Origin: Alphaproteobacteria bacterium
GTDB lineage: Bacteria; Pseudomonadota; Alphaproteobacteria; Bin95
Length of the DNA stretch: 64,000 nucleotides
Assembly (NCBI GenBank): GCA_964291285.2
Contig: OZ219786.1
Coordinates: forward strand, 864,001 to 928,000
Direction: 5' to 3'
The notes under the pieces are model-generated. The model was given only the letters and a program-made list of their open reading frames with translations. It did not search any database and was not told the origin of the DNA. The position numbers and the translations under genes are program-made. Positions 31,358 to 44,321 of this stretch are shown piece after piece. How positions within the stretch are numbered: the stretch's first letter is position 1; the number at the start of each line of letters is the position of its first letter.

Positions 31358-32089
31358 ATGGACGAGTCACTGGTGCAAGGTCTGGTCACGGGTTCGCTTG
31401 CGGCGACTGACACTCTGTCACCGTTCGCCCTGTTTCTGCAGGCCGATCTCGTCGTCAAGGCGGTGATGCTCGTGCTGCTGGTGGCTTCCGTCATGTCCTG
31501 GGCGATCATTTTCGACAAATGGCGCCGGATGCGCCGCCTCAACCGCGACGCCGGCAGGTTCGAGGAGCTGTTCTGGTCGGTCGCCTCGCTCGAGGACCTG
31601 CATGCGCAGACCAACCACCAGGACCGCGACCCGATGAGCAGCGTGTTCGGCGAAGCGATGCTGGAGCTCCAGGGTTCGTTCGGCAGCGGGACGCTCAGGG
31701 ACGCGGCCGCCCGCGATGCGCTGCAGGCGCGGGTCGAAAGGGTGATGACGGTGGAGGCCGGCCGCTGGATGGACCGTATCGAACGGCACATGATGTTCCT
31801 CGCCTCGGTAGGCTCGGTTTCGCCCTTCATCGGCCTCTTCGGCACGGTCTGGGGCATCATGAACAGCTTCGCCGCCATAGCAGCGTCCAAGCAGACCAAC
31901 CTTGCCGTCGTGGCGCCGGGCATCGCCGAGGCGCTGTTCGCGACTGCGCTCGGGCTGGTCGCCGCAATCCCGGCGGTCGTCGCCTACAACAAGTTCTCCA
32001 ACGACATCGCGCGCTACGGGGCGCGGCTCGACGGGCTGGTGGCCGACGTCGTCACCGTCACCTCACGCGAGCTTTCGGAGGCCGGGTGA
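31358..32089 (+). CDS. tolQ: TolQ
   Basis: [13 protein letters not shown] and APGIAEAL motifs. Confidence 0.96.
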   Translation: MDESLVQGLVTGSLAATDTLSPFALFLQADLVVKAVMLVLLVASVMSWAIIFDKWRRMRRLNRDAGRFEELFWSVASLEDLHAQTNHQDRDPMSSVFGEAMLELQGSFGSGTLRDAAARDALQARVERVMTVEAGRWMDRIERHMMFLASVGSVSPFIGLFGTVWGIMNSFAAIAASKQTNLAVVAPGIAEALFATALGLVAAIPAVVAYNKFSNDIARYGARLDGLVADVVTVTSRELSEAG

Positions 32090-32090
32090 C

Positions 32091-32531
32091 ATGGCGGCCT
32101 GGCTTGGAGGACCGGGCCGGAGCGGGCGCAGATACCGCCCGATGAGCGAGATCAACGTGACGCCGCTGGTCGATGTCATGCTGGTGCTGCTGGTGGTGTT
32201 CATGATAACCGCCCCGCTGCTCACCGTCGGCGTGCCGGTGGACCTGCCGGAGACCGACGCGGCGCAGCTCACCGACCGCGACGAGCCGCTGGTGGTCAGC
32301 GTTGATGCCGAGGGCAAGATTTATATTCAGGAAACCGAAGTGGGTCTGGACGGGCTCGCGGCGAAGCTGCGCGCGGTCATGGGCGCGCGGCAGGACGCCT
32401 TTGTCTATGTCCGCGGCGACCGCGCCATCGACTATGGGCGGGTGATGGAGGTCATGGGCGCGCTGGCGGCGGCAGGCTTCGACAAGGTGTCGCTGATGGC
32501 GGAAGTGCCGCGCGCGGGGTCTTCGCCGTGA
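32091..32531 (+). CDS. tolR: TolR
   Basis: [15 protein letters not shown] motif. Confidence 0.95.
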   Translation: MAAWLGGPGRSGRRYRPMSEINVTPLVDVMLVLLVVFMITAPLLTVGVPVDLPETDAAQLTDRDEPLVVSVDAEGKIYIQETEVGLDGLAAKLRAVMGARQDAFVYVRGDRAIDYGRVMEVMGALAAAGFDKVSLMAEVPRAGSSP

Positions 32532-33457
32532 GCCATTCGAGCCTGCTTCTCTCGGCGCTCGCCCATATCGGCCTGCTGATCCTGGCCGCGGTGGGTCTGC
32601 CGGCGCTGCACGACCCGCCGGATCCGTTCGAGATGGCAGTCCCCGTCACTGTCACCGTGGTGAGCGAGCGCACGGAAGCGAAAGCGCCTTTGCCGCCGGA
32701 AGCGCCGCCGGAGCTTCCGGAGCCCGAGCCGGTCGCAGCCGAGCCTCCGCCTGTCGAAACACCGGCGGCGGACCCGCCGAAACCGGAAGAACCGGTGGAG
32801 GTGGCGGCGCTTACTCCCGAACCGCCGAAGCCGGAATCGCTGCCACCCGAGCCCGAGCCGGTGGCTGCACCGCTGCCCCCGAGCCCGCCGGAGCCCGAGC
32901 CTGAACCGCCGGCCTCCGACCCGAAGCCGCCGCCCCTGCCGCAACGCTCTCCGCCGCAGCAGGCGCGGGCGAAGGCACCGCCCAAACCTCCGGAACCGGC
33001 GCCCGAGCCTCCGCCGCTGCCGCAGGCCGCGCCCAAGGACCCGCCCGACGAACTGGCGGCATTGCGCAAGGCCGCGAGCGGGGACGACCTCGACAAGCTC
33101 AGAAGTGCGCTCGCGGACAAGACTCCGATTCCCGGCGAGGAGGCCGAGGAGGCCGTGTTCACCATCTCGGAGAAGCACCGGCTGTTCCGGCAACTTTCCC
33201 GCTGCTGGCAGACGATCCCCGGCCTCGCGCCCTCCGAACGTCATGTCGTCGTGCTCCAGGTCGAGCTCGGCCCGGACCGGCGCGTCATCTCGGTCAAGGC
33301 GGTCGACGGCCAAAGCAGCCGCAGCTACCGCGCCGCCCAGGAGCGCGCGCGACGTGCGCTCGGTCATCCGGACTGCGAGCAGCTCGAAGTGCCTCCGGGC
33401 AAGATGGCGCTCTGGAAGTCGTTGAACTTGCGGTTCGACCCGCACCGAATGCAATAG
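32528..33457 (+). CDS. tolA: TolA
   Basis: N-terminal TM with SxxxH, Pro/Glu-rich linker and C-terminal domain; lies between tolR and tolB. Confidence 0.85.
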   Translation: MSHSSLLLSALAHIGLLILAAVGLPALHDPPDPFEMAVPVTVTVVSERTEAKAPLPPEAPPELPEPEPVAAEPPPVETPAADPPKPEEPVEVAALTPEPPKPESLPPEPEPVAAPLPPSPPEPEPEPPASDPKPPPLPQRSPPQQARAKAPPKPPEPAPEPPPLPQAAPKDPPDELAALRKAASGDDLDKLRSALADKTPIPGEEAEEAVFTISEKHRLFRQLSRCWQTIPGLAPSERHVVVLQVELGPDRRVISVKAVDGQSSRSYRAAQERARRALGHPDCEQLEVPPGKMALWKSLNLRFDPHRMQ

Positions 33458-33475
33458 ACGAGGAGGCCCGCGACC

Positions 33476-34810
33476 ATGCCGCTCCCGTTTCTCCGCCTTC
33501 TCCTGCTCCCGATGCTGTTCGCAGCCGCCTTGCCGGCCGCGGCGCAGGTGACCATCGACATCACCGAGGGCGTTCCCGATCCGGTGCCTGTCGCAATCGT
33601 GCCGTTCACCGGCGCGGACAGGGAAGCCGCCCGTTTCGGGGATGACATGGCCGGCGTCATCAGCGCCGACCTGGAGCGGTCCGGTCTCTTCCGCGCTCTT
33701 TCCGAGGAGGCCTTCCTCTCCCGCCCGGAGGACGCCGATCTTCGCCCGAACTTCAACAATTGGCGTGTTATCGGCTCTCATCTACTGGTCGTCGGCAAGA
33801 CCTCGATGCAGCCGGACGGCCGTTTGCATGCACTGTTCCGGCTCTGGGATGTGCTCACCCAGCAGCAGGTCGTGGGCGTGACTTACACCACCCTGCCCGA
33901 GAACTGGCGCCGCCTCGCCCACAAGATCGCCGACACCATCTACAAGGAGGTCACGGGCGAGGAAGGCTATTTCGACAGCCGCATCGTCTTCATCTCGGAG
34001 ACGGGCCCCGCGGACCAGCGCCGCAAGCGGCTGGTGCTGATGGACCAGGACGGCGCGCGCGCACGCTATCTCACGGACGGGGCCAATCTGGTGCTGACGC
34101 CCCGCTTCTCGCCGACCAAGCAGGAAATCATCTACCTTTCCTACGACCGCCCGAACCAGCCGCCGAGCGTCCACATCCTCGATATCGACTCCGACCAGCG
34201 CGAAGCGCTCGGCCGGTTCCCCGGCATGCAATACGCGCCGCGCTTCTCCCCGGACGGCAACAGCGTGCTCATTACGATGACCCAGGAAGAAGGCAATTCC
34301 GACATCTTCTCCATGGACCTCGGCACACGCACGCTCACCCGCCTGACGCACACCGCCGGCATCGATGCGGCGGCTTCCTTCAGCCCGGACGGCTCCCGCA
34401 TCGTGTTCGAATCCAAGCGGAGCGGCACCCAGCAGCTCTATGTGATGAACGCGGACGGCTCCGACCCGCGCCGGATCAGCACCGGCAAGGGGCGATTCGC
34501 GACGCCGGTCTGGTCTCCGCGCGGCGACCTCATCGCCTTCACCCGGATCCTGGGCGGGCAGTTCCATATCGGCACCATGCGCCCCGACGGCACCGAGGCG
34601 AGAATCCTCGATTCGGCCTACCATGCCGAAGGGCCGACCTGGTCGCCGAACGGGCGTGTGCTGGCCTATTTCAAGCAGGGCAGCGTCCAAGACCGCCGCG
34701 TGGGATATTCGCCCGGTTTGTGGCAGGTCAACATCATTGGAGGCGCACCGCGCCGGATCGCGACGGAGACGGACGCATCCGACCCGGCCTGGTCGCCGAT
34801 TTCCCCGTGA
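33476..34810 (+). CDS. tolB: TolB
   Basis: Signal peptide, TGEEGYFDSRI and repeated P.F/WSP.G (PD40) motifs. Confidence 0.96.
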   Translation: MPLPFLRLLLLPMLFAAALPAAAQVTIDITEGVPDPVPVAIVPFTGADREAARFGDDMAGVISADLERSGLFRALSEEAFLSRPEDADLRPNFNNWRVIGSHLLVVGKTSMQPDGRLHALFRLWDVLTQQQVVGVTYTTLPENWRRLAHKIADTIYKEVTGEEGYFDSRIVFISETGPADQRRKRLVLMDQDGARARYLTDGANLVLTPRFSPTKQEIIYLSYDRPNQPPSVHILDIDSDQREALGRFPGMQYAPRFSPDGNSVLITMTQEEGNSDIFSMDLGTRTLTRLTHTAGIDAAASFSPDGSRIVFESKRSGTQQLYVMNADGSDPRRISTGKGRFATPVWSPRGDLIAFTRILGGQFHIGTMRPDGTEARILDSAYHAEGPTWSPNGRVLAYFKQGSVQDRRVGYSPGLWQVNIIGGAPRRIATETDASDPAWSPISP

Positions 34811-34895
34811 ATGCCCTTGTGCCGTGTATCGAATGCAGCACAATGGCGCCGATTCGCGGCCGGCTGACATGCCGCGAGACCAAAGGAGAATTCGC

Positions 34896-35420
34896 ATGTC
34901 GATGAAACTGCTGGTGTCGGCGCTGGCGCTGGTGTTCCTCGCCGCCTGCGAGACGGGCTCGAACCTGGATGACGACAAGGCAGGCGGCCAGCCGGGGGCC
35001 ACGGCGGGCGTCCAGGCGGCCAAGCAGGACCAAGCGGTCGACTCGCGGGCGCTGGCGCCTCCGCCGGGCTCGGCAGAAGAGTTGCAACAGGTGATCGGCG
35101 ACCGGGTGCATTTCGCCTACGACCGGCACGACCTCGGCACGGAAGCGCAGGACCAGGTCGCGGCCTGGGCGAACTGGCTTACCGCGCATGGCGGCCTCTC
35201 GGTGGTTGTCGAAGGCCACGCGGACGAGCGCGGCACGCGCGAATACAACCTGGCGCTCGGCGAACGGCGCGCCGCCGAGGTGCGCAGCTACCTGCTCGCC
35301 TCCGGCATCGACGCCAACCGGGTGCGGATTGTCAGCTACGGCAAGGAAAGGCCCGTCGCGGTCGAATCGAACGAGGAAGCCTGGGCCCAGAACCGCCGTT
35401 CGGTGATGATCCTCGACTGA
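34896..35420 (+). CDS. pal: Peptidoglycan-associated lipoprotein
   Basis: Lipobox LAAC and EGHADERGTREYNLALGERRA. Confidence 0.96.
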   Translation: MSMKLLVSALALVFLAACETGSNLDDDKAGGQPGATAGVQAAKQDQAVDSRALAPPPGSAEELQQVIGDRVHFAYDRHDLGTEAQDQVAAWANWLTAHGGLSVVVEGHADERGTREYNLALGERRAAEVRSYLLASGIDANRVRIVSYGKERPVAVESNEEAWAQNRRSVMILD

Positions 35421-35427
35421 TCCGGCC

Positions 35428-36123
35428 ATGCGCGTTCTCGCGTTCCTGCTGCTCTGCGCCCTGCCCTCGACGGCAGCGGCGCAGACGGCCGACTACGCCC
35501 GGCTGATCGAGAACAAGCTTTCGGCCTATGAACGCGAACTGCGCGCCCTCAACAACACCGTCGAGCGGCTGCGACGCCAGGTCGAAGGCCTGGAGTTGCG
35601 TATGGAGGCGCTGGAAAAAGCGGCCGCAGGGCGGCCGGCGGAAACCGCCGAAAGGCCGGCGGCGGATGCCGGCGCCGCTGCCCCGCCGGTTGCCGGGTCG
35701 GGCGAGACCGGAGCGCAACCGCCGGCCACGCTGCCCGAAGGCGACGCCCTGGAGTTGTACAAGCAGGGCCGGAACCTGCTGCTTCAGGCGCGCCTGCCGG
35801 AGGCCGAGCAGGTCTTTACCGCTTTTCTGGATGACTTTGCCGGGCATGAACTGGCCAACAATGCCAGGCACTGGCTTGCGACCAGCTTTGCCGGACAGGG
35901 CAAGCACGACGCTGCCGCGCAGCAATTCCTGCTCGCTTACGAAAAGGATCCGGAAGGTCCCAAGGCTCCCGACAACCTGTTGAAGCTCGGGCGGGCGTTC
36001 GCCGCGCTCGGCAAGGAAGAGGAAGCCTGCATTGCGTTGTCGCGGCTCTCGCGCAAGCACAAGCAGGCGCCGTCCGCCGTAATCGCCGCCGCCGACGCCG
36101 AGCGCCGGCGGCTGAAGTGCTGA
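35428..36123 (+). CDS. cpoB: Tol-Pal protein YbgF/CpoB
   Basis: Signal peptide, coiled coil, TPR region (KAPDNLLKLG, EAC). Confidence 0.88.
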   Translation: MRVLAFLLLCALPSTAAAQTADYARLIENKLSAYERELRALNNTVERLRRQVEGLELRMEALEKAAAGRPAETAERPAADAGAAAPPVAGSGETGAQPPATLPEGDALELYKQGRNLLLQARLPEAEQVFTAFLDDFAGHELANNARHWLATSFAGQGKHDAAAQQFLLAYEKDPEGPKAPDNLLKLGRAFAALGKEEEACIALSRLSRKHKQAPSAVIAAADAERRRLKC

Positions 36124-37400
36124 CGCCCGACCCGCCGCCCTCCGACCCGGTATTCGATTGCGCGATGGCGCGGCTGGGCCCGTTCGAGGGTGCGCCGCGC
36201 ATCGCCGCCGCCGTCTCCGGCGGGCGCGACAGCATGGCGCTGGCCCTGATGGCCAGGGCCTGGACCGCCGCGCGTGGCGGGGCGCTTCTGGCCTTCATCG
36301 TCGATCACCGCCTCAGGCCCGAATCCGCTGATGAAGCAGCGGTTGCGGGCGCCCGGCTCGCGCCTTTCGGCATTCCCCATCGCATTCTTACCCGTACCGG
36401 CCCGCTCGCCCTCGGAAACACGCAGGCGGCGGCACGAAGGGCGCGCTACGAGCTGCTCGCCGAAGCCTGCCGGAACGCCGGGGTCCTGCACCTGCTGCTC
36501 GGCCACCATCTGGAAGACCAGGGCGAGACCGCGGCGATGCGCGCGGAGCGCGGCAGCGGCGAGGCGGGCCTTGCCGCCATGGCGCCTGTCTCCGAACTTG
36601 CCGATATGCGCCTGCTCCGTCCGCTGCTGGACCGGCCGCGGCGGGAACTTGAGGCCTATCTGGTCCACCTCGGCGTCGGATGGATCGACGACCCGACCAA
36701 TCTCGCGCCCGCGTCGGCGCGCGGCCGCCTGCGCACCGCCATGACGCCCGCGCAACTGGCCGCGCTGGGCCGGGAAGCGGCCATGCGCGCATCCCGTCGT
36801 CGAGAGCTGGAGGACGGCGCGGCCCATCTGCTCGCCGAGACGGTCGAACTCCATGACAGCGGCGTCGCACACGTCGATATGGCCCGGATGCTTGCCTCGC
36901 CGGACGGCGAGGCCGCGCTCGGCCGCCTGCTTGCGACCCTGGGCGGCAAGGTCCATCCGCCCCGCAGCGCCAGGATCGCCGGCCTCGCCGCGCGCCTCGG
37001 GGAAGAGCCTGCGACGAGCGTTCTGGGCGGCTGCGCCCTGATGCGGACCCGCGCCGGCTGGTGGTGCGGGCGGGAGGCCGGACGGATCGGGGAGGTGCTG
37101 CGGCTTGGCCCCGGCGGACGCAGCCTCTGGGACGGACGCTTCGAGGTCGTCAATCCGGGCCCGTCCCCGGTCGCGGTGGGGCGCCGGCCGCGGGCGGCGG
37201 AGGCGGGGTCCCGGCCCTGGCCCGCCGCGCTCGACCGCGCCCTGCCGGCTTTCTTTTCCGAGGACGGCCGCCTGCTCGAACCGGTCGGCGCGGCATGCCA
37301 TCTTGACGAAACGGCATATCCTTATGCGACATTCCGGCCGCGCGTTCCGCTGGCGGGCCCGGGATTTGCCCTTGTTTCCAGCGGCGCGGAACTTAACTAG
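36117..37400 (+). CDS. tilS: tRNA(Ile)-lysidine synthetase
   Basis: AVSGGRDSMAL, HH.EDQ.ET, RPLL and DDPTN motifs. Confidence 0.94.
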   Translation: MLTPDPPPSDPVFDCAMARLGPFEGAPRIAAAVSGGRDSMALALMARAWTAARGGALLAFIVDHRLRPESADEAAVAGARLAPFGIPHRILTRTGPLALGNTQAAARRARYELLAEACRNAGVLHLLLGHHLEDQGETAAMRAERGSGEAGLAAMAPVSELADMRLLRPLLDRPRRELEAYLVHLGVGWIDDPTNLAPASARGRLRTAMTPAQLAALGREAAMRASRRRELEDGAAHLLAETVELHDSGVAHVDMARMLASPDGEAALGRLLATLGGKVHPPRSARIAGLAARLGEEPATSVLGGCALMRTRAGWWCGREAGRIGEVLRLGPGGRSLWDGRFEVVNPGPSPVAVGRRPRAAEAGSRPWPAALDRALPAFFSEDGRLLEPVGAACHLDETAYPYATFRPRVPLAGPGFALVSSGAELN

Positions 37401-37454
37401 GATCGGAAGACCTCCTCACCATTTCCCGCCGGCCGGAGGCTTTTGCTGGAGACG

Positions 37455-39383
<1,929 letters not shown>

Positions 39384-39411
39384 GCGCTCCAGCCGGCGCC
39401 GGTCCCGGCCT

Positions 39412-40245
39412 TTGTCCCGCCAGCCGTCCCGCTTCGCCGGCCTCTCCACCCGGCGGCCCCTCCTCATGGGCGTGGTGAACGTGACACCGGACAGCTTCTC
39501 CGACGGCGGCGACTGGTCCGACCCGGAGGCCGCCATCGGCCGCGGCAGGGCGCTGGCGGCGGCGGGCGCGGACATTGTCGATATCGGCGGCGAATCCACC
39601 CGCCCCGGCGCCGTCGAAGTGGACGAGGCGGAGGAATGCCGGCGCATCCTGCCGGTCGTGGCGGCGCTGGCGGCGGACGGCGTTCCGGTCTCCGTCGATA
39701 CGCGCCATGCCCGCGTGCTGCGCGCGGCGCTCGCCGCCGGGGCCTCCATCGCCAACGACGTCTCGGCGCTCACCGCCGACCCGGCTTCCCTCGATCTCGT
39801 CGCCGATACCGGCGCCAGCGCCGTGCTGGTCCACATGCAGGGCAGGCCGGAGACCATGCAGGACGACCCGCATTATGAGGACGTGGTGGAGGAGGTCTTC
39901 GCCTTCCTCGCCGGCCGTGTTGAGGCCTGCCGGGCGGCGGGCATCGGCCCGGAGCGCCTCGCCGTCGATCCGGGCTACGGCTTCGGCAAGACGCTGGAGC
40001 ACAACCTCGCCCTGCTGCGCGGACTGGAACGCTTCGCCGCGCTCGGCTGCACGGTCGCGCTCGGCGTCTCGCGCAAGGCCTCGCTCGGGCGCATCTCGGG
40101 CGAGCCGGACCCGAAGCGCCGCGTCCCGGAATCGCTGGCCGCCGGCCTGTTCGCACTCGACCGCGGGGTCCGCCTGCTCCGCGTCCACGATGTCGGGGAA
40201 ACCCGGCGCGCGCTTGCGGTCTGGCAGGCGCTCCGCCATGTTTGA
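39412..40245 (+). CDS. folP: Dihydropteroate synthase
   Basis: [19 protein letters not shown] and RVHDV motifs. Confidence 0.96.
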   Translation: MSRQPSRFAGLSTRRPLLMGVVNVTPDSFSDGGDWSDPEAAIGRGRALAAAGADIVDIGGESTRPGAVEVDEAEECRRILPVVAALAADGVPVSVDTRHARVLRAALAAGASIANDVSALTADPASLDLVADTGASAVLVHMQGRPETMQDDPHYEDVVEEVFAFLAGRVEACRAAGIGPERLAVDPGYGFGKTLEHNLALLRGLERFAALGCTVALGVSRKASLGRISGEPDPKRRVPESLAAGLFALDRGVRLLRVHDVGETRRALAVWQALRHV

Positions 40246-41599
40246 GGCCATGGACGGCAGCGGAACACGCCGGCTTTTCGGCACGGACGGCATTCGCGGG
40301 CAGGCGAATGTCGAGCCGATGACGCCGGAGACGGTCATGCGCGTGGCGATGGCGGCGGCGGCGCGTTACGGCGGCGGCGGGCACCGCACCGCGGTCATCG
40401 CCAAGGACACGCGGCTTTCCGGCTACCTGCTGGAGCCCGCGCTGGTCTGCGGTTTCGTGGCGCTCGGCTGGGACGCCGTGACGGTCGGGCCGTTGCCGAC
40501 GCCCGCCGTGTCGATCCTGACGCGCTCGCTCAGGGCCGATCTCGGCGTCATGCTGTCGGCCTCGCACAACCCGTTCCGCGACAACGGCATCAAGATTTTC
40601 GGCCCCGACGGCTACAAGCTCTCCGATGCCGAGGAGCACGCCATCGAGGCCGCGATGGCCGAGGTGGAGGGCCGCCGCGCCGTCCCGGAAGCGCTCGGCC
40701 GCGCCCGGCGCATGGAGGATGCGCAGGGCCGCTATATCGAGGTCGTGAAGAGCAGCTTCCCGCAGGGCATGCGGCTCGACGGCCTCAGGATCGCCCTCGA
40801 CTGCGCCAACGGGGCCGCCTACCGGGTGGCCCCTGCCGTGCTGTGGGAGCTCGGCGCGGAGGTCGTTCCGGTCGCCGTGGCGCCCGACGGCACGAACATC
40901 AACGAGGCCTGCGGGGCCGCGCATCCGGAGACGATCTGCCGGGCGGTGAAGGAGCACGGCGCCGATATCGGCCTCTCGCTCGACGGCGACGCCGACCGCC
41001 TGGTGCTGGCCGACGAAACCGGCAGGGCGGTGGACGGCGACCGGGTGATGGCGCTGATTGCCGCCGCCTGGCAGCGCCGCGGCCGCCTGCAAGGCGGCGC
41101 GGTCGCGGCGACGGTCATGTCCAACCTGGGGCTCGAACGCTATCTGGACGGCATCGGCCTGCGCCTGGAGCGCACCCGCGTCGGCGACCGCTATGTGGTC
41201 GAGCACATGCGCGCCAACGGGCTGAATGTCGGCGGCGAACAGTCCGGGCATATTGTGCTGCGCGACTTCTCCGCCACCGGCGATGGCCTGCTGGCGGCGC
41301 TGCAGGTGCTGGCGGAGCTTGTGGCGGGCGGCAAGCCGGCCTCCGAGGCGCTCGCCCTGTTCGAGCCGCTGCCGCAGCGCCTGGAGAATGTGCGCTACGG
41401 CGCGCGCGACCCGCTCGCGGCGCCCGCCGTGCGCAAGGCGGTGGCGGACGCCGAAGCCCGGCTCGACGGCGTCGGCCGGCTGCTGATCCGCAAGTCCGGC
41501 ACCGAGCCATTGATCCGCATCATGGCCGAGGCCGAGGACGAACATCTCGTCGGCGAGGTCGTGGAGGGGCTGGCCGCGGACATAAGGGCGGCGGTCTGA
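40238..41599 (+). CDS. glmM: Phosphoglucosamine mutase
   Basis: [20 protein letters not shown] and SGTEP motifs. Confidence 0.97.
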   Translation: MFEAMDGSGTRRLFGTDGIRGQANVEPMTPETVMRVAMAAAARYGGGGHRTAVIAKDTRLSGYLLEPALVCGFVALGWDAVTVGPLPTPAVSILTRSLRADLGVMLSASHNPFRDNGIKIFGPDGYKLSDAEEHAIEAAMAEVEGRRAVPEALGRARRMEDAQGRYIEVVKSSFPQGMRLDGLRIALDCANGAAYRVAPAVLWELGAEVVPVAVAPDGTNINEACGAAHPETICRAVKEHGADIGLSLDGDADRLVLADETGRAVDGDRVMALIAAAWQRRGRLQGGAVAATVMSNLGLERYLDGIGLRLERTRVGDRYVVEHMRANGLNVGGEQSGHIVLRDFSATGDGLLAALQVLAELVAGGKPASEALALFEPLPQRLENVRYGARDPLAAPAVRKAVADAEARLDGVGRLLIRKSGTEPLIRIMAEAEDEHLVGEVVEGLAADIRAAV

Positions 41600-41634
41600 A
41601 GGAACAGCAGCCGACGAGCCGGAACGCCCGAATT

Positions 41635-41763
41635 CCCCTCTCCCCGCTTGCGGGGAGAGGACGGGTGAGGGGGCCGGCCGCCAGGCCGGCGGGCGAAGCC
41701 CGGCAACCTTCCGCGCACGCCGCGAGGCCCTCCCCCGACCCCTCCCGCCGGGCGGGAGGGGGG
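41635..41763 (+). repeat. REP-like palindromic repeat, type B (copy 1)
   Basis: Hairpins CCTCTCCCCGC/GCGGGGAGAGG and CCCCTCCCGCC/GGCGGGAGGGG; near-identical inverted copy at 44775-44903. Confidence 0.85.
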
Positions 41764-41827
41764 TAAGCGGGGCGGCGGGGGAGGCCGGGTGGCGGTTGCT
41801 GTCGGCTCCGGTCGACGACCGCTGGCA

Positions 41828-42760
41828 TCATCTCCGGCGGACGGCGCGCAGGAGGCGGCCGTCTATGGCAAGCAGGGCGAGGGCGATGAGCGCCATTCCG
41901 AGCAACTGGCCGGGGCCGACTTCCTCGTCCAGGAAGAGCACGCCCAGCAGCACCGCGCTCGGCGGAATCATCAGCGTCACCAGCATGACATTGCTGCCGC
42001 CGGCGCGCCGCACGATGGCGAAGAACAACAGATAGGCGAGGCTCGTGCTGAGCAGCCCAATGCCGGCCAGCGCGCCCCAGACTTCGGGCGGCGGGGCAGG
42101 GAGGCGCCAGGGTTGCTCCAATGCCAACGCGAGCGGCAGGACGATCAGCGTCGAGCAGCCGACTTGCCCCGCAGCCGCCGTGGCCGGTGGCAGATGCCGC
42201 AACCGCCGCCCCCAGAGGCCCGCCGCGGCATAGGAGACGGCCGCCGCCAGCACCGCTGCACAGCCGGCAAGATAGCCGCCGGAGCCGTCCGGAGCCGCCG
42301 GCCCCACCAGCACGGCGACACCCGCCACCCCGACCGCCACGCCCGCGAGCCGGTTGGCGGTCAGCTTCTCGTCGTTTGTCAGGAAATGCGCGGCAACCAC
42401 GCCGAAGACCGGCGTGGTGGCGTTGAGTACGCTTGCCAGCCCTCCGTCGATCCATTGCTGGCCCCAGACGATGAGCGAGAACGGCAAGGCGTTGTTGAGC
42501 AGGCCCATGACGGCGAGGTCGCGCCAGTCTCCGGGCCGGGCCGGCAGCGCCGCGCGCGTCAGCGCCACCAGCAGCCAGAGGCCGGCCGCGCCCACCGCGA
42601 GCCGCGCCAGCACGATGGTGAAGGGCGGCAGCGCATGGAGCGCCACTTCCGCGAAGAAGAACGACCCGCCCCAGACGAGCGACAGCGCGGCCAGCAGGCT
42701 CCAGGCCGTCATGTCGAGCACGGGCGGGCGAGAGGCGGTCATCGGGGCGTTGTCTTCCAT
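41828..42760 (-). CDS. DMT/EamA family transporter
   Basis: WGGSF and ASVLNATTPVF motifs; about 10 TM segments. Confidence 0.92.
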   Translation of the reverse strand: MEDNAPMTASRPPVLDMTAWSLLAALSLVWGGSFFFAEVALHALPPFTIVLARLAVGAAGLWLLVALTRAALPARPGDWRDLAVMGLLNNALPFSLIVWGQQWIDGGLASVLNATTPVFGVVAAHFLTNDEKLTANRLAGVAVGVAGVAVLVGPAAPDGSGGYLAGCAAVLAAAVSYAAAGLWGRRLRHLPPATAAAGQVGCSTLIVLPLALALEQPWRLPAPPPEVWGALAGIGLLSTSLAYLLFFAIVRRAGGSNVMLVTLMIPPSAVLLGVLFLDEEVGPGQLLGMALIALALLAIDGRLLRAVRRR

Positions 42761-42936
42761 GGCGGCGAACGCCGGATCGCATGCGCCGCCCGTCGGGGCA
42801 GCCCGATTCTTGCGCTTCCCGTTTCCGGCACGCCCGGTTCCATCCCGGCCCGGGCTCTCCTAGACTGCGCATCCATGCCTCGCTGCGTTCCGTCCTCCTG
42901 CTCCCGGCGCAGCCGCGCATCGCCGGGGCTGTATCC

Positions 42937-43725
42937 ATGAGCGCGCGCGGCCGCCTGCTGATCGTCGCCGGGTCGGATTCCGGGGGCGGGGCCGGAATCC
43001 AGGCGGACATCAAGACCTGCACGGCGCTCGGCGGCTTCGCGATGACGGCGGTGACGGCGCTCACGGCGCAGAACACCGAGGGCGTCCACGGCGTCCATCC
43101 CGTGCCGCCCGGCTTCATCGCCGACCAGATGCGCGTGGTGCTGCGCGACATCGGCGCGGACGCGATCAAGACCGGCATGCTGCACGATGCGGAAGTCATC
43201 GAGGCGGTGGCCGAAACGCTGGAGCGGGAGGCGCCGGGCGTGCCGGTCGTCGTCGATCCGGTCATGGTGGCGAAGGGCGGGCACAGCCTGCTCCGCGAGG
43301 ACGCGGTGGACGCGCTCCGCCGGCGGATGCTGCCGCTGGCGGCGCTGCTGACCCCGAACCTGCCGGAAGCCGCCGCGCTGCTGGACGGCCGCGCGCCCGG
43401 CTGGCCGAGCTGGGCGGCGCTTGGCGTGGGCGCGGTGCTGCTGAAGGACGGGCACGGCAAGGGCGCCGTGGTGCGCGACCGGCTGCTGACGCCCTCCGGC
43501 GAGACCCTGTTCGAGCATGAGCGGCTGGATACGAGGCACACCCACGGCACCGGCTGCACGCTGGCGTCCGCCGCGGCGACCGGGCTTGCGCAGGGCCTCG
43601 ACCTCGTTTCGGCGGTGCGCCGGGCCGGCGATTTCGTGCATGAGGCGATCCGCTCCGCACCCGGCTTCGGCCGCGGTCACGGGCCGCTCAACCACCGCCC
43701 CGGCCTCTTCCCTCATCCTGAGTAG
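42937..43725 (+). CDS. thiD: HMP/HMP-P kinase
   Basis: AGSDSGGGAGIQADIKT and THGTGCTL motifs. Confidence 0.96.
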   Translation: MSARGRLLIVAGSDSGGGAGIQADIKTCTALGGFAMTAVTALTAQNTEGVHGVHPVPPGFIADQMRVVLRDIGADAIKTGMLHDAEVIEAVAETLEREAPGVPVVVDPVMVAKGGHSLLREDAVDALRRRMLPLAALLTPNLPEAAALLDGRAPGWPSWAALGVGAVLLKDGHGKGAVVRDRLLTPSGETLFEHERLDTRHTHGTGCTLASAAATGLAQGLDLVSAVRRAGDFVHEAIRSAPGFGRGHGPLNHRPGLFPHPE

Positions 43726-43825
43726 CGGCCGCGCCAGCGGGCGCGTATCGAAAGCCTGTCCTGAGCTTGTCGAAGGGGATCGCCTCGAACCGCCGGCAGT
43801 CGTCCTTCGATACGCGCCGGCCTTC
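43710..43825. repeat. REP-like repeat cluster, type C
   Basis: CCTCATCCTGAG...GCGTATCGAA is an inverted match to 12326-12367; the cluster also contains CCTGAGCTTGTCGAAGG and TCCTTCGATACGC. Confidence 0.7.
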
Positions 43826-43901
43826 GCAGAGCGAAGGCGGGGGAGCCGGGACCTTGGGCGGCTTGTGCCAGTGTCGAAACAAGGCGAGGACAGGCAATTA
43901 T

Positions 43902-44040
43902 CGTCACCCCGGACTTGATCCGGGGTCCATCCCTGACTGTTCATGTCCGCCGCGGCCGGTGGCGAACGAGATCGACCGCCGAGGCTGCCGAGAGAGCCGG
44001 AGATGGACCCCGGATCAAGTCCGGAGTGACGGAAAAGGGG
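43902..44040. repeat. REP-like doublet, type A (copy 1)
   Basis: CGTCACCCCGGACTTGATCCGGGGTCCATC ... GATGGACCCCGGATCAAGTCCGGAGTGACG. Confidence 0.9.
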
Positions 44041-44087
44041 GCCGGGGTGACGATATGGGCCGCAGTTCCGGTTTTTCCCGGGCGGGG

Positions 44088-44120
44088 TTGACAAGGGGAT
44101 AAAAATCCCTATATATCCCC
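44088..44120 (+). promoter_or_regulatory. Putative sigma70 promoter overlapped by an inverted-repeat operator
   Basis: TTGACA at 44088-44093, TATATA at ~44110; GGGGATA-N12-TATCCCC. Confidence 0.5.
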
Positions 44121-44321
44121 CATACAGGTATGAATCGGGAACGATCGGACAGATGACCTGACGAGGCGAAGCGCGCGCGGCATGGGCCGCATTCTGGCGC
44201 TATTCGGGATTTCGAAGGGCGAAACCGGCCTCCGGGTCGGACAGGGGAGGTGCGCGCGCCGGCCGCCCCTGTGCCGACCGACACGATGGAATCCGGCCCG
44301 CGCGGCAAGGAGGAAGTGACG

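Noticed and set aside
32680-33050. Pro/Glu repeats in the gene between tolR and tolB
   Set aside because: This is the ordinary TolA periplasmic linker.
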